Positions 11,640 through 25,053 of a stretch of DNA of 58,632 bases are shown here, piece after piece; position 1 is the first letter of the stretch; the number at the start of each line of letters is the position of its first letter. The DNA is from Octopus sinensis (taxonomy: Eukaryota): the NCBI RefSeq assembly GCF_006345805.1, contig NW_021833607.1, forward strand, positions 1 through 58,632, written 5' to 3'. The position numbers and the translations under genes are program-made. The notes beneath the pieces are model-generated. The model did not search any database. It saw only the letters and a list, made by a program, of their open reading frames with translations, and had not been told where the DNA came from.

Positions 11640-13240
11640 ATGAATTGAAGAGGAAAAAAATAAAACAAAACGAACTGATGGAAAATATCAATGCGAAAAC
11701 ACGAATGTGTGGAGACATATAAAGAACGATAACAACACGAATTGAAATCTATCAACTGATAGAAAGAATATATACTAAAATAAAGCAATGCAACAGGCTA
11801 CAAATAAAAAAGATAACCGCAAATCAATGAAAGCATCAGAACGGAAGCCATCACATACAAGAACCCAGAAGGCTCCATTAAAAAAAGAGAAAAAAAAAAG
11901 GAAGGAAGAAAGAATGTAGTGTAATAGAAACATCAAACTTACATTAAATGGGCTCTCGAAACATAGCAAAAATACTGCTGGATCTATCACACGAGAAACA
12001 CATAAGGCGTTATAAAAAAAAAAAGGACAAACTGAAAGAAAAGAAATAATATCCTAAATAATGATGGAAACTATATAAAACCTCAGGGAGACATTCAACC
12101 AAATACACAGCCGCAATAAAAAAAAATATACCGTCATCAACAACGTGTGTAAGAAAAATAGAATAAAACACACTTCATAACATATCAACCAGAATTAACA
12201 TCGTCGAGAGTGTGACTGAAGCATTAAAGAAAAATAGAACATGACAAAATCGATGAATATGGATCAGTGTAATCAATCACTGAGCGAATATGCTGTACCG
12301 CGAATGAACGAATATATAAAGAATATATAAATGGAGCAGGATCCCACCTCGTAGGAAATTCTGTCCGCGGTAACAGACTCAACGAATATCAACAGAATAA
12401 ATGGATCTAATTTTATTCAGTAGTATTTGTAGTATCAAGAAGGCGGCGAGCTGGCAGAATCGTTAGCGCGCCGGGCGAAATGCTTAGCGGTATTTCGTCT
12501 ACCGTTGCGTTCTGAGTTCAAATTCCACCGAGGTCGACTTTGCCTTTCATCCTTTCGGGGTCGATAAATTAAGTACCAGTTACGCACTGGGGTCGATGTA
12601 ATCGACTTAATACCTATGTCTGTCCTTGTTTGTCCCCTCTATGTTTAGCCCCTTGTGGGTAATAAAGAAATAGGTATTTCGTCTGCCGTTGCGTTCTGAG
12701 TTCAAATTCCACAGAGGTCGATTTTGCCTTTCATCCTTTCGAGGTCGATAAATTAAGTACCAGTTACGCACTGGGGTCGATATAATTGACTTAATCCGTT
12801 TGTCTATCCTTGTTTGTCCCCTCTGCGTAGCTCCTTGTGGGCAGTAAGGAAATAAGTATTTGTAGTATCAAGGGAAACCAGATTTGATCGTAATTAAGTC
12901 AAAGTCTCTATTGCTACTCTACCCTTTTTTTTGGGGGGGGGGAGGATATTATAATCTGTAATATTAGAAAGAAACAAAATGGAATGCAGAAGTACAGATC
13001 CAAGATGAAAAATGCGGAAAGAATTCAGATAACCAAAATAGCGTTGCACGAAAAACAAACAAACGGAACAAAACTAAATAAGAAAATACACCCTGGAAAC
13101 AAAGAAAAGTTTCTGCAAATACCATCAACAAAAGTGTGTACGGTTAGAAACTTGGAAAACTGTGAGCACTTCCGCTATGAGAACAAACTATTTGAATAAA
13201 CACCAAAATATCTTAGTGACAGAAACAACAACAACAATAA
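11640..13240 (+). pseudogene. Possible highly degenerate L1/Tx1-like LINE remnant, interrupted by the SINE dimer
   Basis: A-rich, coding-like strand bias. KYCWIYHTRN (~11967) resembles the K..IW..RN motif, and CTVRNLENCEHF is knuckle-like. Weak evidence. Confidence 0.3.
12440..12854 (+). mobile_element. SINE family B dimer with 18-bp TSD
   Basis: One head (ggcggcgagctggcagaatcgttagc) plus two B-box-containing units. TSD agtatttgtagtatcaag at 12422-12439 and 12855-12872. Confidence 0.92.
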
Positions 13241-13249
13241 TAATTGTTT

Positions 13250-14125
13250 TTAATTTTGGCACAAGGCCATAGATTTTGAAGGGAGAGAGATCAAGTCAGT
13301 TACATCGACTCCAGTATTTTTCTGGGCTTTGTTTTATTGACCGTGAAGAAAAATGAGAAGCGTAGTTGACTCCGGCGGGATTTGAACTCAGAACGTAAAT
13401 AGCTGGAAGAAATACCTCTAAGCATTTTGTCAATAACAGCGACGCAATGCCAGACATTTGGGGGTGGGAGAGGATGGATAGTCAATTACATCGACCCCAG
13501 TGCTCAACTGTACTTATTTTATTAACCCCCGAAACGGTGAAAAGCAAAGTCGACTTCGGTAGAATTTGAACTCAGAACGTAAAGTCGCTGAGTAGTAGAA
13601 ATAGTAGTAGTATTAGTATTTAGTAGTTGTAGTCGTCGTCGTCGTTGTTGTTGTTGTTGCTGCTGCTGCTGTTGTTTCTGTTAAAAGTGGGGAGCTTACA
13701 GAATCGTTAGCACGCCGGGCTAAACAAAATACTTAGCGGTATTTCTTCTGACTCTTTGCGTTCTGAGTTCAAATTCTGTCATGGTTGACGTTGCCTTTCA
13801 TCCTCTCAGGGTTAATAGAATAAGTACCAGTCGAGCACTGAGGTCGATTTTAACGACTTACTTCCTCATCCGAACTTGCTGGCCTTGTGCCAAACTTTGA
13901 AGCCAATATCCTAGTACTCATTAAGACTGTGAGCTGGCTGAATCGTTAGCACACTGGGAAAAATGCTTTGTGGCATTTCGTCCGTCTTTACGTTCTGAGT
14001 TCAAATTCTGCTGCGATCGACTTTGCCTTTTGGGGGCGATAAAAGAAGCACAAGATAAATATTGAGGTTGATGTAATCGTCTTACTCCCCGCACCATCGA
14101 AATTGCAGACCTTGTGCCAAAAACT
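13250..14125. mobile_element. Cluster of degenerate SINE family B copies (minus ~13250-13585, plus ~13685-14125)
   Basis: Repeated ttctgagttcaaattc / gaatttgaactcagaa and gtcgac motifs. Confidence 0.75.
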
Positions 14126-15019
14126 GAAACCTTAGTGCTCACTACATTTGATCATTCTTGTGTAGACGATTTGATCATGACTATATTATGTCACTGACGT
14201 CTTAGTATTATATTTTGTAATTTCATTTTCAATTTACTTTTTAGCTTCTTGCATTTAATCATATTTTCTCCGTAATTTTGCCATTCTCCTCTCAGAAGAC
14301 TATTATCTCAGTCTCTCTTCTATATTTGTTAGTTTACATTAAGATAGAAAATAGCTTCTTTTTTCGTTCGCCTTGGTAACTGTTTGCTACCAAATTTGTT
14401 TCCTTTTATTCTTTACCATATAAATATATACGCTTGCAGTAGATATTTTCTAATAGGTTTCCCGTTGTCAAAGATCCATACCTAACTTTATTTCTGGTAA
14501 ACATAATCTTTGTCGTGTATGTTTTTCGGCAGTCATTATTTTTCCTTGTTTACGTAACAAGGCTTACTAATTCACTTAGCTTCAAGATGAGACTATTTCT
14601 AACCGTTGCTTATTACTAAAATAGCTAAAATATTGATACTCATTGTCTTACTTTTGGCTAATAGCTCTGTTTTAAGTTAAGTATTAATCTAATGCACTTG
14701 TATGATTCTTTCTCGGCATTGTATTTTTTATTTGTGTGTATTCTATTTCATGTAGCTGATTAATTACTTGTAGACTGTGATTGAACTTTCTAGTTCTTCT
14801 ACCAATTTTACATTGTTGTTGAGAATAACTGGGAAGTTGAGGAACTGTTGGAAAACAACAGTCTTTCATAGGAGAACGAAAAATCACGGTCGCCAAGGCT
14901 TCCCCGGTCCGGTCAAGCTCTCTTTTGATCTTTTTTAACATCTTTTAGTCAGAAGAAAAGGCAGCGTCGATGACTTTTCACAGGACCTTAGAGACGGCTG
15001 TGTGTGTGTGTGTGTGACA

Positions 15020-15723
15020 GAGAGAGAGAGAGAGAGAGAGAGAGAAGGAGAGAAAGAGAATCTTTAAATTGCAGGCGTTGCATCAGAGTGGACTCTTCCA
15101 CTAGGGACATTCAAATTGTCAGATTTAACAGATGCGTTAAATTCAGTGGCAGATCAAGCCTATCACTCATATAGGCCTTTGCGGGATTTGAAATCAGAAC
15201 GCAAAGAACCGGAATAAATGCCGCAAGGTATCCATTTCTGACAATCCACTACATTGGATTTGGCATATTTTTTTTTATTACATCCCACAAAACTTAAGGC
15301 CAAAACTAACCTTATCAGAATTTGAATTTAGAGCTCAGACAAGCAGGACAAATACAGGGTGGCGTTGTCTGATATTCTAACGACTTTGCTACTGTCAATG
15401 TCAGTTATTTGTGTTAAAAAATCTTCATTGTTTAAATTGTCGTTTTTCCTTTCTGTGTGTATGTGTGTGTGTGTAGATAGACATTTATTTCAATCCTCTT
15501 AATCTAAAAGCTGCTCAAACATTAGAGGAGTCTGCTTCTGCTATTACCATTTTTGGAGATGTGCCTTGCTACTACGGCAGGAGTCACAACGCTTACACAA
15601 AAGAATAAAATAGTTTAATTTTTTTTTCTCATTAAAATCCAAAGTTGAAATGAAAATAATTCTTCGCCTTCTAAAGGGAGAAAAGATTAAAGTTTAAATT
15701 CTCATCTCCGTTTTCGAACAGTT

Positions 15724-15780
<57 letters not shown>

Positions 15781-15876
15781 TGGCACATACAGGTACAAAG
15801 CACACAACATATAAAATAAACTTAAATAGTAATCTAAATTTTGCAACACTGTTTTTGCCTGATTTTCAAATCAATG

Positions 15877-15922
<46 letters not shown>

Positions 15923-16880
15923 TGATGATGATGATGATGATGATGATATAAAGAATTCAGAAGATAGAGAAAGAGAGAGACTGTGTGAGAGAGGGAGAGA
16001 GTGAGTGAGAGAGAGAGTGAGAGAGAGAAAGAGAGTAAGTGAGAGAGAGAGAGAGAGAGAGAAGGAGAGAAAGAGAATCTTTAAATTGCAGGCGTTGCAT
16101 CAGAGTGGACTCTTCCACTAGGGACATTCAAATTGTCAGATTTAACAGATGCGTTAAATTCAGTGGCAGATCAAGCCTATCACTCATATAGGCCTTTGCG
16201 GGATTTGAAATCAGAACGCAAAGAACCGGAATAAATGCCGCAAGGTATCCATTTCTGACAATCCACTACATTGGATTTGGCATATTTTTTTTTATTACAT
16301 CCCACAAAACTTAAGGCCAAAACTAACCTTATCAGAATTTGAATTTAGAGCTCAGACAAGCAGGACAAATACAGGGTGGCGTTGTCTGATATTCTAACGA
16401 CTTTGCTACTGTCAATGTCAGTTATTTGTGTTAAAAAATCTTCATTGTTTAAATTGTCGTTTTTCCTTTCTGTGTGTATGTGTGTGTGTGTAGATAGACA
16501 TTTATTTCAATCCTCTTAATCTAAAAGCTGCTCAAACATTAGAGGAGTCTGCTTCTGCTATTACCATTTTTGGAGATGTGCCTTGCTACTACGGCAGGAG
16601 TCACAACGCTTACACAAAAGAATAAAATAGTTTAATTTTTTTTCTCATTAAAATCCAAAGTTGAAATGAAAATAATTCTTCGCCTTCTAAAGGGAGAAAA
16701 GATTAAAGTTTAAATTCTCATCTCCGTTTTCGAACAGTTCACACACACACACACACACACACATACACACACACACACACACACTGGCACATACAGGTAC
16801 AAAGCACACAACATATAAAATAAACTTAAATAGTAATCTAAATTTTGCAACACTGTTTTTGCCTGATTTTCAAATCAATG

Positions 16881-16972
<92 letters not shown>

Positions 16973-17075
16973 ATAAAGAATTCAGAAGATAGAGAAAGAG
17001 AGAGACTGTGTGAGAGAGGGAGAGAGTGAGTGAGAGAGAGAGAGAGAGAGAAAGAGAGTAAGTGAGAGAGAGAGA
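15020..17075. repeat. ~1.02-kb near-identical tandem duplication
   Basis: tctttaaattgcagg at 15061 and 16078; gaattcagaag at 15953 and 16978. The only differences I saw were microsatellite lengths. Confidence 0.95.
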
Positions 17076-17800
17076 GAAAGAAAGAGAAAGTGGAGGATAT
17101 AAAGTATTGGATAATGAATAAAAAAGAAAAATGGCTGAAGACATAGAACTGAGGCCGTGAGAAGCTACAAGGCTGAAGTGGATAGGAGAATATAGAACAG
17201 GCGTAAAACCAAAAAAAAAACAAAAAAAAAAAACAAAGAAAAACCAAAACAAAAATAAATAAACAAACCAAACAAACGAAATTATAGAAGACTGATGACA
17301 TAAGACAGACAGACGATATACAGCAGAAGACAGAAGCTGGAATAAAACAAGAAATGGTAGAAGTCTTGATTCTTGTTATAAGGTTTTATTAGCTTGTACA
17401 ATAGCCGAACGACAGGTTGTCCATGTTTATATTTCATAGCTTTCCATCTTTAATTGTCTCAGGTTTGTGTCCATTTCAGTAGCTTTTACGGTCGTCTGCT
17501 TAAATTTACATGGCAAATACTGTAATGTTAGTTGTTAACTTAACCTCTGGCCGAACAACAAACATTTCACGGCAGCCAATGAATAATCCACTGCACACCA
17601 TATCTCAACGCATTAGTACGCTCGTACGCAAGTATATATATATATAAATTAAATTACAGATAAAACCACTATTAGGCAAATCAAACAGTGAAAAACATAA
17701 ACCAAAACATAAAAATATAAATAATGAATATATAAATATTATATATAAATATTATATATTATATATATTATATATAAATATTATATATAAATATTATATA

Positions 17801-18182
17801 CAGGAGTGGCTGTGTGGTAAGTAGCTTGCTAACCAGCCACATGGTTCCGGGTTCAGTCCCACTGCGTGGCAACTTGGGCAAGTGTCTTCTGCTATAGCCC
17901 CGGGCCGACCAATGCCTTGTGAGTGGATTTGGTAGACGGAAACTGAAAGAAGCCTGTCGTATATATGTATATATATATAAGTGTGTGTGTATATGTTTGT
18001 GTGTCTGTGTTCGTCCCCCCACCATTGCTTGACAACCGATGCTGGTTCGGCAAAGAGAGACCGATAGAATAAGTAATGGGCTTACAAAGAATAAGTCCCG
18101 GGGTCGATTTGCTGGACTAAAAAGCGGTGCTCCAGCATGGCCGCAGTCAAATGACTGAAACAAGTAAAAGAGTAAAAGAGTA
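17801..18182 (+). mobile_element. SINE family A, near full length
   Basis: Head, core, internal (TA)/(TG) tract, and tail gactgaaacaagtaaaagagtaaaagag. Confidence 0.92.
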
Positions 18183-18513
18183 AATATATAAATATTATAT
18201 TATATTAAAATATATAAAAAATATAAAATAAAAAAAATTAAATTATTTAAGTTTAAAATTAAAATTATTAATTTATATTTATAAATTTTTATATTTTAAT
18301 TCATTATTTTTAAAATTTTTATATTATTTTTTATTTTTATTTATATTTTTTTATATTATATATTTTTTCTTATTAAATATATATAACTATCAAAAAGTAT
18401 TAAAAAGTTTAATATAAGATAAAAAGTATATATACATATACACCTACACATATACATATTTAACTGCTACTAAATAGCATATGCTACTTTCATTTGTCCA
18501 CTCACTCTTGTAT

Positions 18514-18580
<67 letters not shown>

Positions 18581-18672
18581 TAGTTTCATCTGTTTTATAT
18601 TGCGTATAACTGCCTACGTTATTTTGTAATTTTCACATTAGCATTTCGATAACTCAGCCACAAATATATATA

Positions 18673-18805
18673 CTGACAGTCTGGATTTATCTAAGCCATT
18701 TGGTGACGGAGTAATCACTGCTGGCGAGTCAGCAATTTACAGATGAAACCAACTCTAGTAAAGTGATTCTAGCTTCGCTTATGGAGCGGTTATCTCCACT
18801 GTCAG
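18673..18805. mobile_element. Small MITE-like element
   Basis: atatactgacagt (18668-18680) and actgtcagtatat (18798-18810) form a 13-bp inverted repeat including a TA flank. Confidence 0.45.
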
Positions 18806-19908
18806 TATATGAAAATATACCTACACTTCAAGCACAGTACTGACAAAGCATCGGTGACTCATTGACTCAGTATTGCCAAGCTTCAGGGATTATTGACTCA
18901 GATAGCAGGATTTATGATTTCACTAGGTTAATTCTATTCATAAACATTTAAATTAGGAGTATTTTTTAAACCGTTAGCTTCACTTTTCAACACCTTAACA
19001 GAAATTTAGCCTACGTAACATGAACTGAGAGGGATATCGTGGAACAGAGAAACTATGGGTGATACGATATTTTGACATTATTTTTGAATTCTGTATGCAA
19101 AAACATGCGAGATACAAGCATTCTTTTTCTTGGGACAACTTCTTTGTTGACCAGTGTTATTCTTATCGTAGTTTACAAATCCAAGCATGAAAACGTTACT
19201 CAACTTTGATGTTTTGGAGACAGAAGCCTTCTTTACACACAAGCACACACACATACATGCACACACACTCACATACACACACATGCACTTATATATTAAT
19301 GATGTACATAAATACATGACAGATATACATAATACAGAAATACGCATAAAATAAACACATGCAGAAAATATTTTAATATAACAAATAAAAAAAATAATAA
19401 AAACGTACAATCAATAAAGTGACAAAAGAAACAATAAGATGATACATGTTATTTTTATTAGGTATTTCTGTTTATTTAGAAACCTACAATGAACAGGTTA
19501 TTTCACAGACGCTAAACTATAAATTTCACAGGGTACAACCTTAAAATTGACACTGCTCAGCTAAACGCAGAAAATTTTTGTTTCGCTATTGGCTAAAAAT
19601 ACACATTTTTTTCGATTTTTAATCTCTGTAACTTTTATCTCCAATTTTGTTTCTCTACAATATCATACATTCATGGTAATAAGACTTGAAAACTACATTA
19701 ATATAGCCGATTTTCAGATTTTTTTTTACTTCCTTTTAAAAAAAATGCATGTTTTGCGAATCGGTTTGACTAGATGATGAAACAGTTATTTAACAAGGCT
19801 GATAGTTGTGGCTCCAAAGTTGGAGATAGTATTCATCGTATTTTCGCTAAATAGTCTCCAACGACAAATACGCGACTTATCGCTTCGAATGTTGTGTATA
19901 TATGTATG

Positions 19909-19979
<71 letters not shown>

Positions 19980-20253
19980 GTATGTATATATGTATGTATG
20001 TATGTATGTATGCATGCATGTATGTATGTATGCATGTATGTATGTATGTATGTATGTATGTATGTATGTATGTATGTATATATATATATATATATTATAT
20101 ATATATATGTGTATTTATATATAAGGGCAAAAGAAAACTTTTTCTTTTGCCCTTATTTATAATTGTATTTATAATTTTTTTAACTTAAAACGCATTTTTC
20201 ATATGCTGGCCACTGTTGAAATAAAAAAAATATCCTTATAGTATTATTATTAT

Positions 20254-20255
<2 letters not shown>

Positions 20256-20298
<43 letters not shown>

Positions 20299-22960
20299 CA
20301 CCCACCTACCTCCCACACGCCTGTTCACACACACACATACGTAGACCCATCTACGTACATACATTCACACATTTAATCACACACACTTACAGACATACTA
20401 GCACACACAAACATACAAACCAACATGCACATACACACACACATACATACATACGCACACACATACATACTTACACACACACAGACATACATACACACAT
20501 ACACACACATACATACGCACATACATACACACACACACTCACCACACACACACACACACCGCACGTACATACTTCACACACCACATGCAAACATACATGT
20601 AGGCACATACATACATACATACCCACACATGCACACCCTTACACTGAATGCACACACACATACACTTTTTGCATCCAGGCAGCCCCCCCTCTTTTCTGCT
20701 TCCGGTTTTGGCTGATGGATCCTCGGTTCCCGCGTAGCGGGGCGTTCGAGGGCCTTTGCGCTCGGCGCGCCTTGGCGCGCGCTGGGGGCTTGGTCAGCCC
20801 CTTGGGCTTGCGTTGTGTACTGCTTTTGCGTTGTGTGCGTGAGCGCGCTTCGTGTGTGTGGGCTTGCTTCGGATGTGCGCGTGCGTATGTATGCATACAT
20901 ACCCACACACTCGCATGTATCCCTACCCACACACATACACGCACACCTACTCACACACACACAACACCACATACCTGCACACACACACACATACATACAT
21001 ACACATACCATACCTACTACAGACATACACACACACAGACATACACCATACACTCACACTACACGCATACACACACACACATACACACGCACACGTACAC
21101 ATACACACACACACACACCTACATACACATTACACTTGTATACACACACACTTACATTCATACACACACACCTACACAGCCATACCCTCACTCAGACACA
21201 CACATCTACCTACACACACACACAAACACACACGGACACACACCCATACATACATACATCTACACACACACATACATAAACACATACATACACACATACA
21301 TAAACACACACACATACACATATACACACATACGCACACACACATATACTTATACACATGCACACACACACACATACATACATACACCCATATACATACA
21401 CACACACATACCCACATACTCCTATACGCACATACATACACACAGACATACACACATACACACTCACACAAACATACACACACACATACTTACACACACA
21501 CTCACCTGCACGCGCACACACATGCATGACAAACACCCATACACTCACACTCACATACGCACACACCAACATAAACACGCACACGCACACACACACCTAC
21601 ACTCCCACACACATACACACGCCCTACATACACACACGCACGCATACACACGCATACACACGCATACACACATACATTACACACGTACACACACACCTAC
21701 ATACACATGCATACACACACACACACAAACATGCACGGACACACCCAGACATACACACATACACCTATATACACACGCCCACACACCTACATACACACAC
21801 ATATACACACGCCCACACACACCTACATACACACCATACATACACACACATACACGGACACACCCATACATACTTACATACATACACCTATACACACACG
21901 CCTACACACCTACATACACACACATGCATACACACACACATGTGCGCACATACACACACATATACGCACATACATATATACCCACACACATGCACACACA
22001 CACACATACGCACATGCATGCATGCATGCACACGCGCACACCTACACGCATACACACACACACACGGACACGTACACATACATACATACACCACGCATAC
22101 ATACACCCATACACATACATGCATCCTACACACACATACATACACACTCACACATACATACACACACACACACTCACTCACACACCTGTATGTACGCGCA
22201 CACACATGCACATACACACACTTCCCCACACCCACACGTACATACATACACACACACACACACATACACACACACACACACGGACATACATCTATGCACA
22301 CACATACATACACACATACTCACATACATTCATCGGACACACTGCCACCCAGACATACACACAGACACACTCACACATCCACACACACATACATACTTAC
22401 GCGCATACTCGCAGGCGCGCGCACACACGCGCTTGCGCCGGTTCGCGCACGCATACGCGCCGCATGCACCTCGCTCTTGGACCCGACGAGACCTCCCGCC
22501 CGTTCCTGGGACCGTCGCGTGTCGTTGGGTTTTCCCACGCCCGTCTCCGCGGGACCACTCTTCCATCTTCCCCTCAGCTGGAGTCCTTTTTCCTTAACCC
22601 CCCCTTTTTCGTTACACACACACGCGCACCAATATACACACATTGCTTAAATATATACATTACTCTTACACACATTCAATCTACTCGCCATTAATACCAC
22701 CACGACACTGGACACACACACACACTACTACTCAACACACGCTGGCACGCTACATACGCCCCCACCCCTTCCCCTCCCTCCCTTCCTCCTTCCTTCTTTT
22801 TCTTACTACTGACTTGTCTGCTAAGCTGACCACTAGTCTCGCCCTACCTCACACGCCTACACACAGACGCACACACTAACACCACATATATTTTTTGTTT
22901 TTTCATCTCGCCTCACACACACACATACACACACGCACACCGCACACACTCACACATACA
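20256..22960. repeat. Long cryptic (CA/TACA)-rich low-complexity tract with two G-rich islands
   Basis: Directly visible; the 812-aa and other His/Thr-rich ORFs are artefacts of the repeat. Confidence 0.92.
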
Positions 22961-23136
22961 CACACATCTGTTGCGTTACCAACCTTGTCTCCACTCTTTT
23001 GCCTTTAAAACCCCTTTGCTCTTTTATCATAAACATCCGCCTTTCACCATGTGCAACTCGTAAACACCAGTCGTCTTTTTTCTCTTTCCCTGTTGCCCGC
23101 TCTGGGATCTTTCTTTCCTCTCTCTTCCTTCTTTAT

Positions 23137-23171
23137 GTTTCCGACGAAGAGCTCCGCTCGAAACGTCATAC
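23137..23171 (+). ncRNA. Candidate minimal type-I hammerhead (C4 variant)
   Basis: gttt-CCGACGA-a-gagc/tcc/gctc-GAAA-cg-TC-atac; stem I has one mismatch; GUC triplet. Confidence 0.6.
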
Positions 23172-23293
23172 CTCCCTGCTTCCATTCCTGAGCGCCTATT
23201 AATAATAATACTGTAATTGTTCCATTGTTGTTGTTTTTTTGTTTCCCGTTTGGATTAAAAAAAAATATATATATATATATACATATACGCACA

Positions 23294-24138
23294 TGAGGTC
23301 TGATCAATAAGTATCTGGACTGTTGCCATAGTAACGAAGCTAAAGCACGCCGAGTAAAGCCGCTTGGCAAAGATTCCCCTTGTGCATTATGTTTCAGCGT
23401 TCTCGCTCAAATCCACTGTTTACAGCAGTGCTTGGAAGAAAGTTGTGTAGCATGTGATCGTCGCATTGACCATGACAGAGAAAGTTGTCATAGCGATCCC
23501 TGCTCAGAGGCTTGTGCAAAGTTGTAGAAAGTGTATGGTGAGGTGTGTATGAGTCGCACACAAGTGTACGTGTGATTTAGACGCTTCCAAGATGGTCGAA
23601 AAAATGTCGATATTGACGAACGTTCTGGGAGACCTGCAACCAGCAGAACTGAGAAAAACATCGCAGATGTGCGTGCAGCTGCGAGGGGAAATCGTCGAAT
23701 CACCATTTGCGAGTTATCAGAAGATGTGCAGATTAGTTATGGTTCAGTTCAGTTCATTATCACTGAAGATTTGGATATGAGACGCGTGTCTGCCAAGTTT
23801 GTGCCAAAACTGCTTTCTGCTGACCAAAAAGGCATTCGGGTTTCAGTTGAGCAAAATCTACTTGATTGTGTCGAGAACGAGGAAAACATTGCGTAGGTCT
23901 CTAAGCAGATATCTTTGGCAAAATTTGATGCAGATTCTCTGGTCATCTTTATCTGTCATGGTCAATGCGACGATTACATACAACACACGTTCCTGCCAAG
24001 CACTGCTGCAGACAACGGAAGTAAGCTAGAACGTCAAAACAGTACGTATGCACAGCAAATTTTAAGGTCGATTCGTGCCAAATGGTTTCACTCTGCATGC
24101 TTTAGCGTCGTTACTATAGCACCAGTCTGGATACTTAT
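23294..24138 (+). mobile_element. Mariner derivative made of two 5' halves in inverted orientation
   Basis: Left TIR gaggtctgatcaataagtatctggactg. HTH transposase N-terminus (RGNRRITICELSEDVQISYGSVQFIITEDL...SAKFVPKLLS). 23885-24138 is a reverse-complement 5' end finishing in cagtctggatacttat. Confidence 0.85.
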
Positions 24139-24157
24139 ATATATATACATACATACA

Positions 24158-24226
<69 letters not shown>

Positions 24227-24686
24227 TAACAGGCTAAGTTCTATAGTTTTCGCAGTGAAGATTCGCATAGTTTTATTGCACACATATTTTTTTAATTCGT
24301 CCATACATTTGCTGTCTTAGGACTTTAAATAGTTAACACGCCGCCAGCGAATGTACTGGTATGCAAATGAGAGAAATCAGCGCCTGTAACAGTATTCTTC
24401 ACAAGTGTCTGTATATGCACGCATGTACGTGTATATGTTCATGTGTGTGTGTATGTGTGTGTGTGTGTGTGTGAGTTCGCATGAAAGAGAGAGAGAGAGG
24501 CATTTGTGTGAGCTTCTGGTTTACCTCAGATAGGAATAAGCATTAAAAACATAAAGATAAGCAGTTCCAAATAGAAAATCGAACATCAAATCAGGCTGCT
24601 TGCCCACATCCAGAATTCAGAATTGCATAACAATACGAAATGCGCACAAGACACGCTTCACTACCCTAGAGCATGTGACTAATAGA

Positions 24687-24720
<34 letters not shown>

Positions 24721-24788
24721 TAGATATGTTGCCTTCGGTTGTAAACTGCGAATTGCCACCGTAATATTTATACATACATACGTATATA

Positions 24789-24832
<44 letters not shown>

Positions 24833-24833
24833 T

Positions 24834-24875
<42 letters not shown>

Positions 24876-25012
24876 GTGTGTGATGTATGTATTTTTTTTT
24901 CTAGTTTCAGCTCAGAGCTGCGGCCATGCTGATGCACCGCCGTTTTGTGCTACTGTTTATTACGACGAACCTCGTCTAATATGTGGCACTTGGTGTGAAG
25001 TGGAGAATGAGT

Positions 25013-25050
<38 letters not shown>

Positions 25051-25053
<3 letters not shown>

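Noticed and set aside
12440-12530. SINE heads as tRNA genes
   Set aside because: A/B-box-like motifs are present, but no full cloverleaf, and they continue into SINE core and tail in many diverged copies.
17570-17585. CCAAT box (agccaatga) in unique-looking DNA
   Set aside because: A single short motif with no adjacent exon or other promoter evidence.
18717-18759. Hammerhead-like actg-CTGGCGA-gtc/gat-GAAA-ccaac-TC-tagt
   Set aside because: A6 is substituted, the stems rely on G-U pairs and stem III is not palindromic. It could arise by chance or be heavily decayed.
20256-22694. 812-aa and overlapping His/Thr-rich ORFs
   Set aside because: Translations of (CA)-rich low-complexity DNA, open in several frames on both strands, with no domain motifs.
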